Virus record (IMG/VR): IMGVR_UViG_3300026097_000980
Coordinates: 91,509 to 155,508 of that record
DNA length: 64,000 nt
Reading direction: 5' to 3' (one strand)
From: a virus
The translations under genes and the position numbers were made by a program. Shown here piece after piece: positions 21,173-31,644 of this stretch. Position 1 is the first letter of the stretch. Each line of letters opens with the position of its first letter. The notes below the pieces were generated by a model. That model saw only the letters and a list, made by a program, of their open reading frames with translations, had not been told where the DNA came from and did not search any database.

Positions 21173-21810
21173 AATTCTAAATCTCTACTTTCAAAAACGA
21201 TGTTATTAACAAATCTAGATCTGTGTTTTGTGGGACAGCTACCAGAATGCCATAATTTCGAAGGAAATAGCATAGCTCTTCCTTTTTTCGGCTCTACTTC
21301 TTTGAGAATTTTCAAGTTATCTTCTCCGAATCCTAAATGTGGTATCTTCTTTTTAAACAATCTAGTAGGACCATCCGAGTCGCTAACATAATATATTAAT
21401 GTGAATCTGTTAGGGAATGTACTGTCTTGATGTGGAGGATGAAATTTATTTTCAAATCCCGGATGCTGTAATAAACAGTTGTTTTTAATTCTATCAATAC
21501 CGTTAATTTGGCAGCTCAAAAGTTCTTGCAACAGATAGACCAAACTGCACTGTAAATAGAAATGCTCTCTATCGTATACACCATCTTCTTGTTTGCTAAT
21601 ATGAACAAGTTGAGGTGTTTCAAGTATGTTAGGATTGTTATTCCAGTCTTTGGGTTCTACTGTCCAATCTGTATACTTCCAATCTATGTCTCCATCTCGA
21701 AATATATTTTCTAGATCGTTCTGTAATGTTACCGGAGCAAAGTCGTCGATCACTAAACAGGTTTTATCTAAATAGTCCAATTTTTTTGTTGTTTTTAATT
21801 CTTTCATCAT
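21169..21810 (-). CDS. 2OG-Fe(II) oxygenase
   Basis: HPPHQD...LIYY...GPT...PKKGRAMLFPSKLWHSG...R; start approximate. Confidence 0.8.
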   Translation of the reverse strand: MMKELKTTKKLDYLDKTCLVIDDFAPVTLQNDLENIFRDGDIDWKYTDWTVEPKDWNNNPNILETPQLVHISKQEDGVYDREHFYLQCSLVYLLQELLSCQINGIDRIKNNCLLQHPGFENKFHPPHQDSTFPNRFTLIYYVSDSDGPTRLFKKKIPHLGFGEDNLKILKEVEPKKGRAMLFPSKLWHSGSCPTKHRSRFVNNIVFESRDLEL

Positions 21811-22183
21811 ACTCTTTCTTTGTACTAGGAAAATGCCATGCCCAAAATGCAATTAGAAACATAAAGCCGCCACTGTAAATAACTGCATTTAAATTTCCGG
21901 TTGCATAGTATGTTATCAAAACAGTCGAACTCATCACAGTAATCATGGCATACTTGGCTTTCAACGGAAAAACTTTATAATGTGTCCAATTGGTTAGAAA
22001 CTCGCCGAACCATGGATGATTGTACAACCAATCGTGCATCTTTTTAGAACTTTTACTAAACGCCCAAGCGGCAGTGACAAGGAATATTGAAAACGGAATA
22101 CCCGGTGTTACAAATCCTATGTAGGCCATTCCTACACAGAAAAAGCCTAAAGTCATATATAGATATTTTTTAAGGTGATACAA
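21764..22183 (-). CDS. YbaN/DUF454 family membrane protein
   Basis: IGFVTPGIPFSIFL..AAWAFSKSS...WLYNHPWFG. Confidence 0.8.
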   Translation of the reverse strand: MYHLKKYLYMTLGFFCVGMAYIGFVTPGIPFSIFLVTAAWAFSKSSKKMHDWLYNHPWFGEFLTNWTHYKVFPLKAKYAMITVMSSTVLITYYATGNLNAVIYSGGFMFLIAFWAWHFPSTKKEYDERIKNNKKIGLFR

Positions 22184-22973
22184 CTATAATCTCGCCGGTA
22201 GTCGGATTGTAATACATAGGACTAAATCCTGCAGGGGGTGTGCCGCCGGTTACTTCTCTAACTGGTTTTACATAGAATCTGTTTGAATCTTCAGATTCTA
22301 ATACAGCTATTGCAGGCTGTGCGGAGATGATAATTGTATGTTCATGTTGATTATTTGCCCCGGCGCCGAGGCCTATAGCAATTGATCTCGCTCCCTGGTT
22401 GTTACGACCTGCAGAATCACCGATGGCTATTGCATCTTCTCCCTGATCGATTCTACCTGCGAAAGCGCCCATGGCTACAGCGGCTTGTCCTTGGTTTTGA
22501 TATCCGGCGTTGTCGCCGACGGCTACAGCATCGTCTCCTTGATTGGAATTTCCGGCGACGTTGCCGATTGCAATAGCAGTAATACCTTGCGAGCTAATGC
22601 TGCCGGCTTTGTAGCCAATTGCTACAGATCTCAATCCTGCATCAAGTCCTGCTTCAAAACCTAATGCAATCGTCTGTTCTGAAGTTCTTATTTGTGACGT
22701 TTCGACCGGGCCGACAATTTTTCCGTCAACCCCGTCTACAAGTATAGTACTATCGTCAGCAAATACCGATCCTGTCAAATCTCCATCAATTCGATCAAGA
22801 CTAATAGTAGTGAACGAAAGTTGACCATTACCATCGGTGGTTAGTACCTGATTTTCTAATCCATCAGTAGCAGGAAATTGATATGATCCATCGCCACCTA
22901 AATGGGTAAAGTTTCCATCAAGTTCGTTATATGTTAAGGCTTCGCCCTTGTCGCTACGCTTAACTAAAGTCAT
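22170..22973 (-). CDS. Tail-fibre-like protein with YadA-head-like 14-aa repeats
   Basis: Repeated QGxxA(V/I)A(I/V)GxxAG. Confidence 0.7.
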   Translation of the reverse strand: MTLVKRSDKGEALTYNELDGNFTHLGGDGSYQFPATDGLENQVLTTDGNGQLSFTTISLDRIDGDLTGSVFADDSTILVDGVDGKIVGPVETSQIRTSEQTIALGFEAGLDAGLRSVAIGYKAGSISSQGITAIAIGNVAGNSNQGDDAVAVGDNAGYQNQGQAAVAMGAFAGRIDQGEDAIAIGDSAGRNNQGARSIAIGLGAGANNQHEHTIIISAQPAIAVLESEDSNRFYVKPVREVTGGTPPAGFSPMYYNPTTGEIIVVSP

Positions 22974-23167
22974 TCGCTAATATTTCCGTCATCGTCGTAG
23001 TGTTCGCCTACATAACTACTAAACACACCATTCTCTATTCCTGGATTGTTTTCAACATAATCAAAAACAACATATTCAAATCTTGCTGTTTGTTGACGAG
23101 TTGGCAATCTTAAAAAGGTAAAACCAGTGTCATCAAGTGTTGCTTCTGTTTCTCCGTATCTTGGCAT
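22970..23167 (-). CDS. Hypothetical virion-associated protein
   Basis: 65-aa ORF between PAAR and fibre genes. Confidence 0.55.
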   Translation of the reverse strand: MPRYGETEATLDDTGFTFLRLPTRQQTARFEYVVFDYVENNPGIENGVFSSYVGEHYDDDGNISE

Positions 23168-23172
23168 TTATT

Positions 23173-23469
23173 TCATCCATTGGCAATCACATCGCCACTT
23201 CCTGTAGCCGCAGAGTTCGGAACCCAAGAACCGTGTCCGCTCGTAGCATCGCCTAGCCGATGCACTGGAATATTATTTGCAAAAACATCAGGAGAACCGG
23301 CCGAAGCAGGATCTCCACAACTTGTAGTATCACCAATTCTTACTGTTTTAGAATTATTTGTGAATACATCCGGAGAACCAGTTGCATAAGAAGTTTGGTG
23401 GAAAGGGCTAGGTGTAGGACTTGCGTGTCCAACGTGAACATCTTGCCCAACTCTAACCACCGCAGGCAT
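23173..23469 (-). CDS. PAAR-repeat spike-tip protein (T4 gp5.4-like)
   Basis: MPAVVRVG, GSPDVF repeats, RIGD/RLGD, CGD. Confidence 0.88.
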   Translation of the reverse strand: MPAVVRVGQDVHVGHASPTPSPFHQTSYATGSPDVFTNNSKTVRIGDTTSCGDPASAGSPDVFANNIPVHRLGDATSGHGSWVPNSAATGSGDVIANG

Positions 23470-23488
23470 TATAATGCTGGTCCTTGTG

Positions 23489-23797
23489 TCATAACGTTCC
23501 TTGATTAGGAGAAACAGAAATCCCAGTGGTAGCTTGAATATATTGATCGGCAAACCCTGCTTCTGTGTTAGTTGCAACACAAACTGATCCCTTGTCAACT
23601 GGAATTTCTTTAGTTACATCTACGGTAAACAAAAACGGAACTAATCCAATACCTTGCGGCGATGCACTAATAACCATAGGCGAACTAATTACATAAACGT
23701 TGTCTTTATCTTCTACAAACTTTGCTACCAATTCTTCTCCACTAAAAAGTTTTAGTGTAACAATTTCGCCTGCGACTAAGCCTTTTTCGATTAACAT
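23489..23797 (-). CDS. Hypothetical protein (Sm-like fold possible)
   Basis: IVTLKLFSGEELVAK...YIQATTGI. Confidence 0.6.
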   Translation of the reverse strand: MLIEKGLVAGEIVTLKLFSGEELVAKFVEDKDNVYVISSPMVISASPQGIGLVPFLFTVDVTKEIPVDKGSVCVATNTEAGFADQYIQATTGISVSPNQGTL

Positions 23798-24051
23798 TAT
23801 AATTTTCCTTCTGTTGAACCTGTTGTTGTTTCTTCTAAATATGTTTTTAAGTCTGTCATTCCGCCTACATATTGACCATAGATAAAAATCTGAGGAACTG
23901 ATCTTGCAGTCGGAACCTGCTCAATCAACTGCTCTTTCGTCCAGCCCGAGCCTATCTTTCTTTCTTCAAATGATATATCGTGCGCATGTAGAAGATGCTT
24001 TGCTTCTTCGCAGTGCGGACAATTTTCTTTACTCCAAACAATAGTTTTCAT
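23797..24051 (-). CDS. Glutaredoxin
   Basis: CPHC, SVPQIF, YVGG. Confidence 0.92.
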   Translation of the reverse strand: MKTIVWSKENCPHCEEAKHLLHAHDISFEERKIGSGWTKEQLIEQVPTARSVPQIFIYGQYVGGMTDLKTYLEETTTGSTEGKL

Positions 24052-24059
24052 TCTTTTCC

Positions 24060-24227
24060 TTATGATGTAAACACAATTTTATTTTGCTTGTCGGTCACCC
24101 GAACTAGGACTGCGCCAGCATTTTTCTTTGCAATTGCCATTGAAATTGCTTGGTTCTCACTACTGTAAGAACCAATCGTTGTCCATTTTTCATACGGACT
24201 GTTTCTTTTTAATTGTGCTTTAAACAT
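24060..24227 (-). CDS. Hypothetical protein
   Basis: 55-aa ORF MFKAQLKR between nrdB and glutaredoxin. Confidence 0.5.
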   Translation of the reverse strand: MFKAQLKRNSPYEKWTTIGSYSSENQAISMAIAKKNAGAVLVRVTDKQNKIVFTS

Positions 24228-24228
24228 A

Positions 24229-25329
24229 TTATATATTAGGCAAATCGTCGTAGTCAAGTTTTTCTGTCATAACTCCTATGACGTAATTTGTGCTCTCATT
24301 CTCCTGTAGTGCAGTTTGCTTTGAAGACGTATCCGAGTGCTTGTTGAACCAAGGAATCGGAGTAGTCTTGGGAGCCTGCTCAGTGTATTTAATCCCAATG
24401 TCCTTCAAACTTTCCTTTGCCGTGTAGTCTACAAAGTCTCTGAGAATGTTTGCATTTAGACCAATCACTGGACCTTTCATAAACAAGTAGTCTGCCCATT
24501 GCTTTTCTTCTTCAATAACAGCCATATACATATCATAAACTTCTTGCTCGCATTCTTCCTTAGCACGAGCAAATCTTTCATCTTCTTTAACAACTTGATT
24601 GATAAGATATGCAGTCCATCCTTTGTGTAGTAGCTCGTCCTGCAGAATAAGGCTGATGATATTGCCGTTGCCGATAAAGATCTTATTCTCTACCATTGCG
24701 AGGCTTGTAGCAAAACTTACCATAAAGCGAAGTGCTTCGAGCGCATAACTTGCGTTCAATGCCAGCCAGATAGCTTTAATGTGTTCGTACTCATCTACTT
24801 TCTTACCTAGTTCAACTTCACAGTTTAGCACATGCAGTTTGTCATAGTATTCGCCTACATTGGCAGCCATGTCTACGATTTCATTCGTATCGTGAATAGA
24901 GTTAAACACCTCCTTAGGTACATTGTAAATGTTACGAATGATATGGCTGTATGAACGGCTGTGAATATTTGTTTCAAAAAATCCCCAGTTTAAACACAGT
25001 GCTTCTAGTTCTGGTAGACTCACAACAGGAGTGAATACCTGTGTAGGACCTCGTCCTTGGATACTGTCCAGTGCGGTCTGTCTCAGTAGATTAGAAGTAA
25101 AGATGTGTTTAACTGCGTCGCTTGAATCTTTAAAATCTTGTGAATCTTTTGTTAAACTTACTTCTTCAGGAACCCAAAAGAATCCGCGAGCTGTAGTTTC
25201 AAAGCTCTGAATTTTTGGATATTTTACTTCTTCGAAACGTTGGATAGTTACAGGACCTGCTGGATCCAGAAACATTTTACGCTGTAAATAGTCTGTATTC
25301 TTTGTTAAGTCATATTGTGCTTTGCTCAT
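24229..25329 (-). CDS. nrdB: Class Ia ribonucleotide reductase beta subunit
   Basis: FFWVPEEV, ETNIHSRSY, RFMVSFA, DELLH. Confidence 0.96.
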   Translation of the reverse strand: MSKAQYDLTKNTDYLQRKMFLDPAGPVTIQRFEEVKYPKIQSFETTARGFFWVPEEVSLTKDSQDFKDSSDAVKHIFTSNLLRQTALDSIQGRGPTQVFTPVVSLPELEALCLNWGFFETNIHSRSYSHIIRNIYNVPKEVFNSIHDTNEIVDMAANVGEYYDKLHVLNCEVELGKKVDEYEHIKAIWLALNASYALEALRFMVSFATSLAMVENKIFIGNGNIISLILQDELLHKGWTAYLINQVVKEDERFARAKEECEQEVYDMYMAVIEEEKQWADYLFMKGPVIGLNANILRDFVDYTAKESLKDIGIKYTEQAPKTTPIPWFNKHSDTSSKQTALQENESTNYVIGVMTEKLDYDDLPNI

Positions 25330-25337
25330 GTTTGCTC

Positions 25338-27689
25338 CTATAATTTACACGCTTCGCAATCTTCATCTTCTTCGAATCCAATAACACTGTGTCCGTTAGT
25401 TTGTATTTCTAATTTAGGTTGTTCTGTTGTGTTGAGAAGTTTATCTTCTTGTTTTGCACCGCTTTTGTTAATTAGACTGTAATAGAATGTTTTTAGTCCC
25501 CAATAGTGTGCCTGCATTAAATTTTTAGCAATCATGGTACTAGGAACTTTACCTCCTTCAAAGTAAGCAGGATTATAAAATGTATTGGTGCTAATACTCT
25601 GATCAACATACGCCGCCAAAACTGCCGCAGTTTTTATATACCCGACGCAGTCTGTCTGTTGCCACATCAACTGGTATTTCTTTTTAAGTTTATGATACTC
25701 GGGAACTACTTGTACAAACGACCCTGCTTTTGATTCTTTGGTTGAAATCAGTGCCATTGGCATTTCGATACCGTTAGTACTGTTAATAACAACTGAGCTT
25801 GACTCTACCGGAGCAATAGCTGTTAGTGTGGCATTATGAATTCCGTATTGTTTCATATCAGCTCGTAAAGTTTCCCAGTCAAGTTCTGGAGTAAAATCAA
25901 CCAAGTCGTTAACTCCCGGAGCGCGGCATTCCCAAGGAAACACTCCACGGCCGTACCGAGTCTTACTTGAATCTTTGCAAGCGCCTCTTTCTTTAGCAAG
26001 TTCGACACTGGCTTCGGTTAAGAAAAACGCTTGATGCTCCATCCATGTTTTTACTTCTTCTAGTGAATCTTGTTCGCCGTACTGTAAATTCCTCTTAGCA
26101 TGCCAATACGCAAGATTGGTAACACCGATGCCTAAAGGACGGATTTCGTCATTGCTTAATCGACTTTGGACACTTAAGAAGTCTTGATAGTCTAGGATAT
26201 TACACAAACTACGCTGTAAGATTCTACATGCCCTGCGCATGTCTTCCGGATTTCTAAAGGAACCCCAATTAATGCTTCCTAAGGTACACAACGCTATGCG
26301 TCCATCTTCATCGTCCAGGCGCTTAAATGGTTTTGTGGGCAGTAGAATCTCACAGCATAGGTTTGATTGGTAAATTGTGTGATACTCAGGATCAAAAGGA
26401 CCTTGATTCATCACATTGTCAATGAACACAAGATAAATGCGTCCAGTGTCAGTGCGTTCTTTCAGTATGCCTGAGCGGAACACTTCATCTGCTGAGATTG
26501 TTTTCTTTCTAATGTCTGTGCGCTTTTCATATTTTACGTACAGCCTTTCGAACTCCTCCGTGTTAGAATAAAATGCTTCGTACAGTTCAGGTACTTCATT
26601 AGGATCAAAGAATGTTATTTCTTTTTGTTCTTTAAATCTTCTCCAAAAGAATGCATTGAGGACGACACCATAGTCCATATGTCTGACTCGGGTTTCATCG
26701 GTTCCTTGATTATTTTTAAGAACAATAAGATCGTCAAACTGGTAATGCCAAATAGGATAAAACACTGTAGCACTTGCATTTCTAATCCCTCCTTGCGAGC
26801 AACTACGAAGATCACCAAACCACTTCTTAAGGAATGGGATCATACCTGTGTGCATAATCTCTCCGCCTCGAATAGGAGCACCTAGCGGACGAAGCCTACC
26901 AATTTCAAATCCAATACCTGCTCGCTTTGAAGCATACTTCGCCATCATTTCGCCTGACGCAAAAATACTATCAAGATCATCGTCCGAACGAATTAACACG
27001 CAAGAACTGAACTGTTTTGTTTTAGTACCAAGTCCGGCAAGCACAGGAGTGGCAAGGGTAAACAAGCCGTCCGAGGCACAGTTATAATACTCTTTGATTA
27101 ACTTCATTCTTGTGCGATTAGGTTCTTCACGATGCATAACGGTTGCGGCGGCAATCATATATCTAACTTGAGGCGTTTCGTATATGGTCTTAGTACTTCT
27201 GTTCTTGACTAGATACTTTTCAATCATCTGTTCAATTGCAGAATAGGAATAGTTCTCATCCTTTTCGTGATCGATGATTGTGTTCATACGATCCCAATCC
27301 TCTTCTGTGTACCACTCAAGAAGTTCAGGTGTGTACAATCCGACCTGGACGTTCTTTTTTACAATATCATACAGGCTCGGAACTTCGTATGAGCCGTATA
27401 CATCTTTGCGTAACATAGATAATCGCTGTTTGCCTGCGACATATTGATAGTTTGTATGGCCGACTCCTGGATTTGATTCTACATTAATAAGGTCGACGAT
27501 TGCTCTCAGTGTTATTTCGTCAATTTCTTTTGTGGTAATACCGTCATAAAAGTGCGGCTGTGCATTAATTTCGATCATGCTCTGACTTACGTCGGCAATT
27601 CCTTGACAAACTTTCGCTATCTGTGCCTGCCATTTTTCGACTGCTAATATTTCTTTCTTTCCGCTTCTTTTAATGACTGTGATTGACAT
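25338..27689 (-). CDS. nrdA: Class Ia ribonucleotide reductase alpha subunit with ATP cone
   Basis: VIKRSG, QFSSC, SNLCCEI, KTFYY, C-terminal CEAC. Confidence 0.97.
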   Translation of the reverse strand: MSITVIKRSGKKEILAVEKWQAQIAKVCQGIADVSQSMIEINAQPHFYDGITTKEIDEITLRAIVDLINVESNPGVGHTNYQYVAGKQRLSMLRKDVYGSYEVPSLYDIVKKNVQVGLYTPELLEWYTEEDWDRMNTIIDHEKDENYSYSAIEQMIEKYLVKNRSTKTIYETPQVRYMIAAATVMHREEPNRTRMKLIKEYYNCASDGLFTLATPVLAGLGTKTKQFSSCVLIRSDDDLDSIFASGEMMAKYASKRAGIGFEIGRLRPLGAPIRGGEIMHTGMIPFLKKWFGDLRSCSQGGIRNASATVFYPIWHYQFDDLIVLKNNQGTDETRVRHMDYGVVLNAFFWRRFKEQKEITFFDPNEVPELYEAFYSNTEEFERLYVKYEKRTDIRKKTISADEVFRSGILKERTDTGRIYLVFIDNVMNQGPFDPEYHTIYQSNLCCEILLPTKPFKRLDDEDGRIALCTLGSINWGSFRNPEDMRRACRILQRSLCNILDYQDFLSVQSRLSNDEIRPLGIGVTNLAYWHAKRNLQYGEQDSLEEVKTWMEHQAFFLTEASVELAKERGACKDSSKTRYGRGVFPWECRAPGVNDLVDFTPELDWETLRADMKQYGIHNATLTAIAPVESSSVVINSTNGIEMPMALISTKESKAGSFVQVVPEYHKLKKKYQLMWQQTDCVGYIKTAAVLAAYVDQSISTNTFYNPAYFEGGKVPSTMIAKNLMQAHYWGLKTFYYSLINKSGAKQEDKLLNTTEQPKLEIQTNGHSVIGFEEDEDCEACKL

Positions 27690-27806
27690 ATCTTTCCTTA
27701 TTCTTGATTGAACTTGTGATACACATCAACTGAGATGATGCGTTCGAGTGTAGAAGTATGTATCCAAATTCAGGACTTCATTAAACATTTAGTTAATTTT
27801 TTGTAA

Positions 27807-29375
27807 TCAGCCGCCATATGTGACTGAGAACGCTAAAGTGCCCGGTAACGCTGATGACAACGGATTTCTGTACGTTAACAGTATTGTGTCTTGGCGAGAA
27901 CTGTCGTCGGCAATGTTGTTTCTTAGTGTAGCAGAAAATTCAAAATTTGTAAATATTGTAGGAGAACTTCCTCCTTCTATTACGTAATCATAGTCATCTG
28001 ATATGCTAACAACATTGTTATCTTCCACGGTCATAATAGTAAGACGACCTCGTCTTACTGATGTATCTAATGTAAGAGTATAATCTACATAGATATAACC
28101 GTTATCAGCTCCTAATGCTAAGAATGGTCTAGGACTTGGATCAAGGAATACTTCAGTTTTAATAACATTAGAAAATTCAGCAAAACTAGAACCAATTACT
28201 TCGGCTATTGCTCCAGTTCCTTCTCCGGTTGTAAGTCCTGCATTTTCTACTCTGTTTGATGTACAGTTGTACATCACGTTTTCTAGTGTGTCTCCGAAAT
28301 AAACTATTTCGCTTATAGGGTTAGCGGCAGACTGAGTTCCGTTTCCGCAATTTCTAAAGTCGGTGGTACGAATTGTTGTGCCACCGCCAGCGTTAAAATT
28401 TATTGCTCGTGTGTGTATCTCTTCAAATGTACAGTGATCGAAAATCCAATTATTGGTCTGTCCTGTTACACCATTTACATAGACACCGTCGTGTAAGTTA
28501 GTAAAGTTACAGGATTCAAAAGTTAATCTGGTTTGAAAATTATCTGTCTGTGTAATCTTAACAGCAAGATCGGAATCTTTAAAAGTACAATTATCAAAAA
28601 AGACATCAGTTACACTAACTCCGACAAGCTCGTTAGTCCAGTTTAGCATTCCGAACCTACTTTCTATCGGCCCTACGGCGTTTCCTAATGTATAATTTGA
28701 TTCGAACGTGACATTTTCAAATTTAGAATTTTGTAATCCAGACAGGTTCATTTGTCCGCCTGCGAAGTCTAAAGTTAGATTTGAAATTTGAACATTATTA
28801 GGTATGTTAGAACTGGTGAAATCTGCAAGTTCGTCGCCATCCTCGGTAATAAAAAACACACTGTTCCCGCCGAATCTTAAAAAAGTGTTCTGTTCAGTTT
28901 CTCCTCTTAGGATAACGTTGGAAGGAATATTTAGAGTTTGTGTAAAAAGGTATTCTCCATTCGGAACTATTAAAACTTTTCTAAGATCAGTGTTAGTGCT
29001 TCTAAATAATTGTGTGAATGCGTTTTCGAAAGCTTGAGTACTATCAGTGGATCCATCATTGACTGCTCCGAAATCAGCAACACTTACATACTCGTCTAGT
29101 TTATTCTGCAAGCTTCTCGAAGTAGAAAGACTTATTCCACTTACATTTCTTCCGTACTGATAACTTGCCGCTAATTCTAAGAGATTATCATTTTCAGTAA
29201 CAATTTTAGTGTTTCCGACATATGGAGCGCCTTCTGCTACACTGCCATTTCCTATAAACAATTCCTGAGAATCAATTGCCCAGGCGATCTCACCTGAACT
29301 TAATTGAGGAATGCCGTTATTGTTATTTTTAAGACCTCGTCTTACCTGAATTTTTGAGATTTGAACCACTGCCAC
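27807..29375 (-). CDS. Tail/baseplate protein with pectate-lyase-like beta-helix
   Basis: QISKIQVRRG, VSVADFGAVNDGSTDST, beta-helix repeats. Confidence 0.75.
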   Translation of the reverse strand: MAVVQISKIQVRRGLKNNNNGIPQLSSGEIAWAIDSQELFIGNGSVAEGAPYVGNTKIVTENDNLLELAASYQYGRNVSGISLSTSRSLQNKLDEYVSVADFGAVNDGSTDSTQAFENAFTQLFRSTNTDLRKVLIVPNGEYLFTQTLNIPSNVILRGETEQNTFLRFGGNSVFFITEDGDELADFTSSNIPNNVQISNLTLDFAGGQMNLSGLQNSKFENVTFESNYTLGNAVGPIESRFGMLNWTNELVGVSVTDVFFDNCTFKDSDLAVKITQTDNFQTRLTFESCNFTNLHDGVYVNGVTGQTNNWIFDHCTFEEIHTRAINFNAGGGTTIRTTDFRNCGNGTQSAANPISEIVYFGDTLENVMYNCTSNRVENAGLTTGEGTGAIAEVIGSSFAEFSNVIKTEVFLDPSPRPFLALGADNGYIYVDYTLTLDTSVRRGRLTIMTVEDNNVVSISDDYDYVIEGGSSPTIFTNFEFSATLRNNIADDSSRQDTILLTYRNPLSSALPGTLAFSVTYGG

Positions 29376-29410
29376 TTTGGCACACTCCTAATTGATATTA
29401 TCCAAAGTAT

Positions 29411-30127
29411 TTATGTGATTCTGTAGTACTGTTCGACTCGCTTACACCACTCTTCAGTCCAGTAATCAAAGTGTTCAGGCTCAAGGACAAATTCTTGATA
29501 TTGCGGATCTCCCCATTTACCTGGTTCAACTTCAGGTGGACGAACACACATAAGCACAACACCTTTGCGAATATTTGTACCATGCACTTCATTATGCGCT
29601 AATGCATATGCCGTTAGTTGTAAAAAGTAATCATTAATCCATTCTCTTTTTTTAGGTTTGTTAGATTGTTTGAAGTCGAGAATAGCTTCGTCACCGTTAT
29701 GCAACCCCACACAGTCAGTGGTACCAGCGTAAAGCTCTGGAAAATATAAAGGAACTTCTGAACCCCATACTTCTGAGATAGCAGGGAATCCAACTTCGAT
29801 GACTTTCTTTGCCATGTTTAGACTTTGTTGAGCATACGGATTGCTCACGCTTTCTTTAAGTTCGTCGCCTTTGATGTAGTTTTCAAGATAAGTGTGCATA
29901 CGAGTTCCGCGACTGGCAGCTTCTGTAGTAATCTGCTGTGCTTTCTGTTCGCCTACACGTTTACGCCATGCTTGAAGTGCTTGTCTTTGTTCTTCAGGTT
30001 TAGTCTTATCTAAGATAGTTGTTACTGAAGGAACTCGACTGCCATCCGGGCATTGATATAATCTTTTACCTTGGGAGTCATCACGAGAGAGATTGAAGTA
30101 TTGAAATTTATTTTTTAATAAGCTCAT
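29411..30127 (-). CDS. PD-(D/E)XK exonuclease (Cas4/MGME1-like)
   Basis: PSVTTIL, RGTRMH, AGTTD, ILDFKQS, QLTAY; TTGACA-17-TATACT ends 6 nt before ATG. Confidence 0.85.
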   Translation of the reverse strand: MSLLKNKFQYFNLSRDDSQGKRLYQCPDGSRVPSVTTILDKTKPEEQRQALQAWRKRVGEQKAQQITTEAASRGTRMHTYLENYIKGDELKESVSNPYAQQSLNMAKKVIEVGFPAISEVWGSEVPLYFPELYAGTTDCVGLHNGDEAILDFKQSNKPKKREWINDYFLQLTAYALAHNEVHGTNIRKGVVLMCVRPPEVEPGKWGDPQYQEFVLEPEHFDYWTEEWCKRVEQYYRIT

Positions 30128-30163
30128 CAAACAAGTATACTTGCTCTTTGTACCGTTGTCAAG

Positions 30164-31261
30164 TTAATTTTCAATTAATTTTTCCCAGGGTACATCTTTA
30201 CTACCGAAATGTCCGTAAACACAATTGGCACTGTACTGAGTAAAATTAAACATATTAAATTGTCTAATGATACCAAGTGGTGTAAGATCAAATTGTTCAA
30301 TCCAATTAAGTATACTCGCGTCGGCGCCGTCGCTGTCAACATATATGCTAACTGGATCTTTTACTCCAATAGCATAACCTAACTGTATAGTACAACTGTT
30401 ACAAAAACCTTTTGCTACAGCGTTTTTAGCTAACCAGCGAGCCATGTATGCCGCACTTCGATCTACTTTGGTAGGATCTTTTCCACTAAACGCACCGCCA
30501 CCGTGACGAGCATAGCCGCCGTAAGTGTCTACAATAATCTTACGACCGGTAACACCTGCATCGCCATCCGGGCCACCTACTACAAAATTGCCTGTTGGGT
30601 TAAGATATAATTTTGTAACACCTTCTTGATATAATCCTCCAAGTTCTTCTATAATTGCAAGATTAGCTAAACCAAGTGCTTCTAATTTTTTACCTTCGGC
30701 ATGCTGTGTGCTTACAACCACGGCTGTAGCCACACTAGGCTTTCCGTCTACATATTTAATAGATACCTGTGACTTGGCATCTGGACCTAGTATATCTAAA
30801 TTAGATAAACGCTTGTTATCTAAATTTTTAAGTATTTCGTGACTGTAATGGATAGGTGCTGGCATATAACTTGACGTTTCGTTACAGGCATACCCGAACA
30901 TTAGTCCTTGATCGCCTGCTCCGAAGTTGTCTGTGCCTAACCCAATGTCTCCACTTTGCTTGTGTAAATGATTGTGTACTGTTAATTGGTTCCAATGAAA
31001 TCCTTGTTGTTCGTAACCGATTTCTTTGACCTTGTCTCGCACTAACTGCTCAACTTCGTCAGTAGTTAGATTGAAGTTTTTAACTTCTCCCGCTAGGCAA
31101 ACATAGTTTGTAGTTACAAGAGTTTCGCATGCTACTCTGGTAGTTTCATCACCCGCTTGCAATGCCGCATCTAAGATTGCATCTGAAATCTGATCAGCAA
31201 CTTTATCAGGATGTCCGGAGCTCACTGACTCGCTTGTAAATATAAAGTTATCTTTATTCAT
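30164..31261 (-). CDS. metK: S-adenosylmethionine synthetase
   Basis: FTSESVSSGHPDK, GAGDQG, GRKIIVDTYGG, GGGAFSGKDPTKVDRS. Confidence 0.97.
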   Translation of the reverse strand: MNKDNFIFTSESVSSGHPDKVADQISDAILDAALQAGDETTRVACETLVTTNYVCLAGEVKNFNLTTDEVEQLVRDKVKEIGYEQQGFHWNQLTVHNHLHKQSGDIGLGTDNFGAGDQGLMFGYACNETSSYMPAPIHYSHEILKNLDNKRLSNLDILGPDAKSQVSIKYVDGKPSVATAVVVSTQHAEGKKLEALGLANLAIIEELGGLYQEGVTKLYLNPTGNFVVGGPDGDAGVTGRKIIVDTYGGYARHGGGAFSGKDPTKVDRSAAYMARWLAKNAVAKGFCNSCTIQLGYAIGVKDPVSIYVDSDGADASILNWIEQFDLTPLGIIRQFNMFNFTQYSANCVYGHFGSKDVPWEKLIEN

Positions 31262-31284
31262 ATATGTAGTTATTCGTTTGCTTA

Positions 31285-31644
31285 TTAGGAAAGATTTTTT
31301 TCGGCGTTTGATGCGGCGATCTGATCAACAGCATCTTGGCTGTCGTCGCCATCTGAAGTTCGTTTTTCTTTTCCGACACCCGGAACATTTAGTTCAATAC
31401 CACTGCCGTCATAGTTTTTTGTAAGATTTTTTATAACTTTCCCTTCATCGCTATTAAAAATAGCGTCGAAGGTTTCATAATCCATAGTAACATAGATTTC
31501 GTTGTTTGCGAGGAAGTCAGTCAGCGCACCGTAGTTTATCTTAGCTGGGGAAGTTCTGTAAGATGACTTTGAAATGTAATTTTTCAAGACAGTAGCAAGA
31601 ACACTTATAATGTGTTCTTGGTTTGAAAATTCAAACAGCTTCAT
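31285..31644 (-). CDS. Hypothetical protein
   Basis: N-terminus MKLFEF. Confidence 0.6.
   Translation of the reverse strand: MKLFEFSNQEHIISVLATVLKNYISKSSYRTSPAKINYGALTDFLANNEIYVTMDYETFDAIFNSDEGKVIKNLTKNYDGSGIELNVPGVGKEKRTSDGDDSQDAVDQIAASNAEKNLS

Noticed and set aside
25338-27689. Intein or intron in nrdA
   Set aside because: Normal length and contiguous motifs.
31262-31290. SAM/SAH riboswitch upstream of metK or ahcY
   Set aside because: Intergenic gaps are only about 20 nt, leaving no room for an aptamer.
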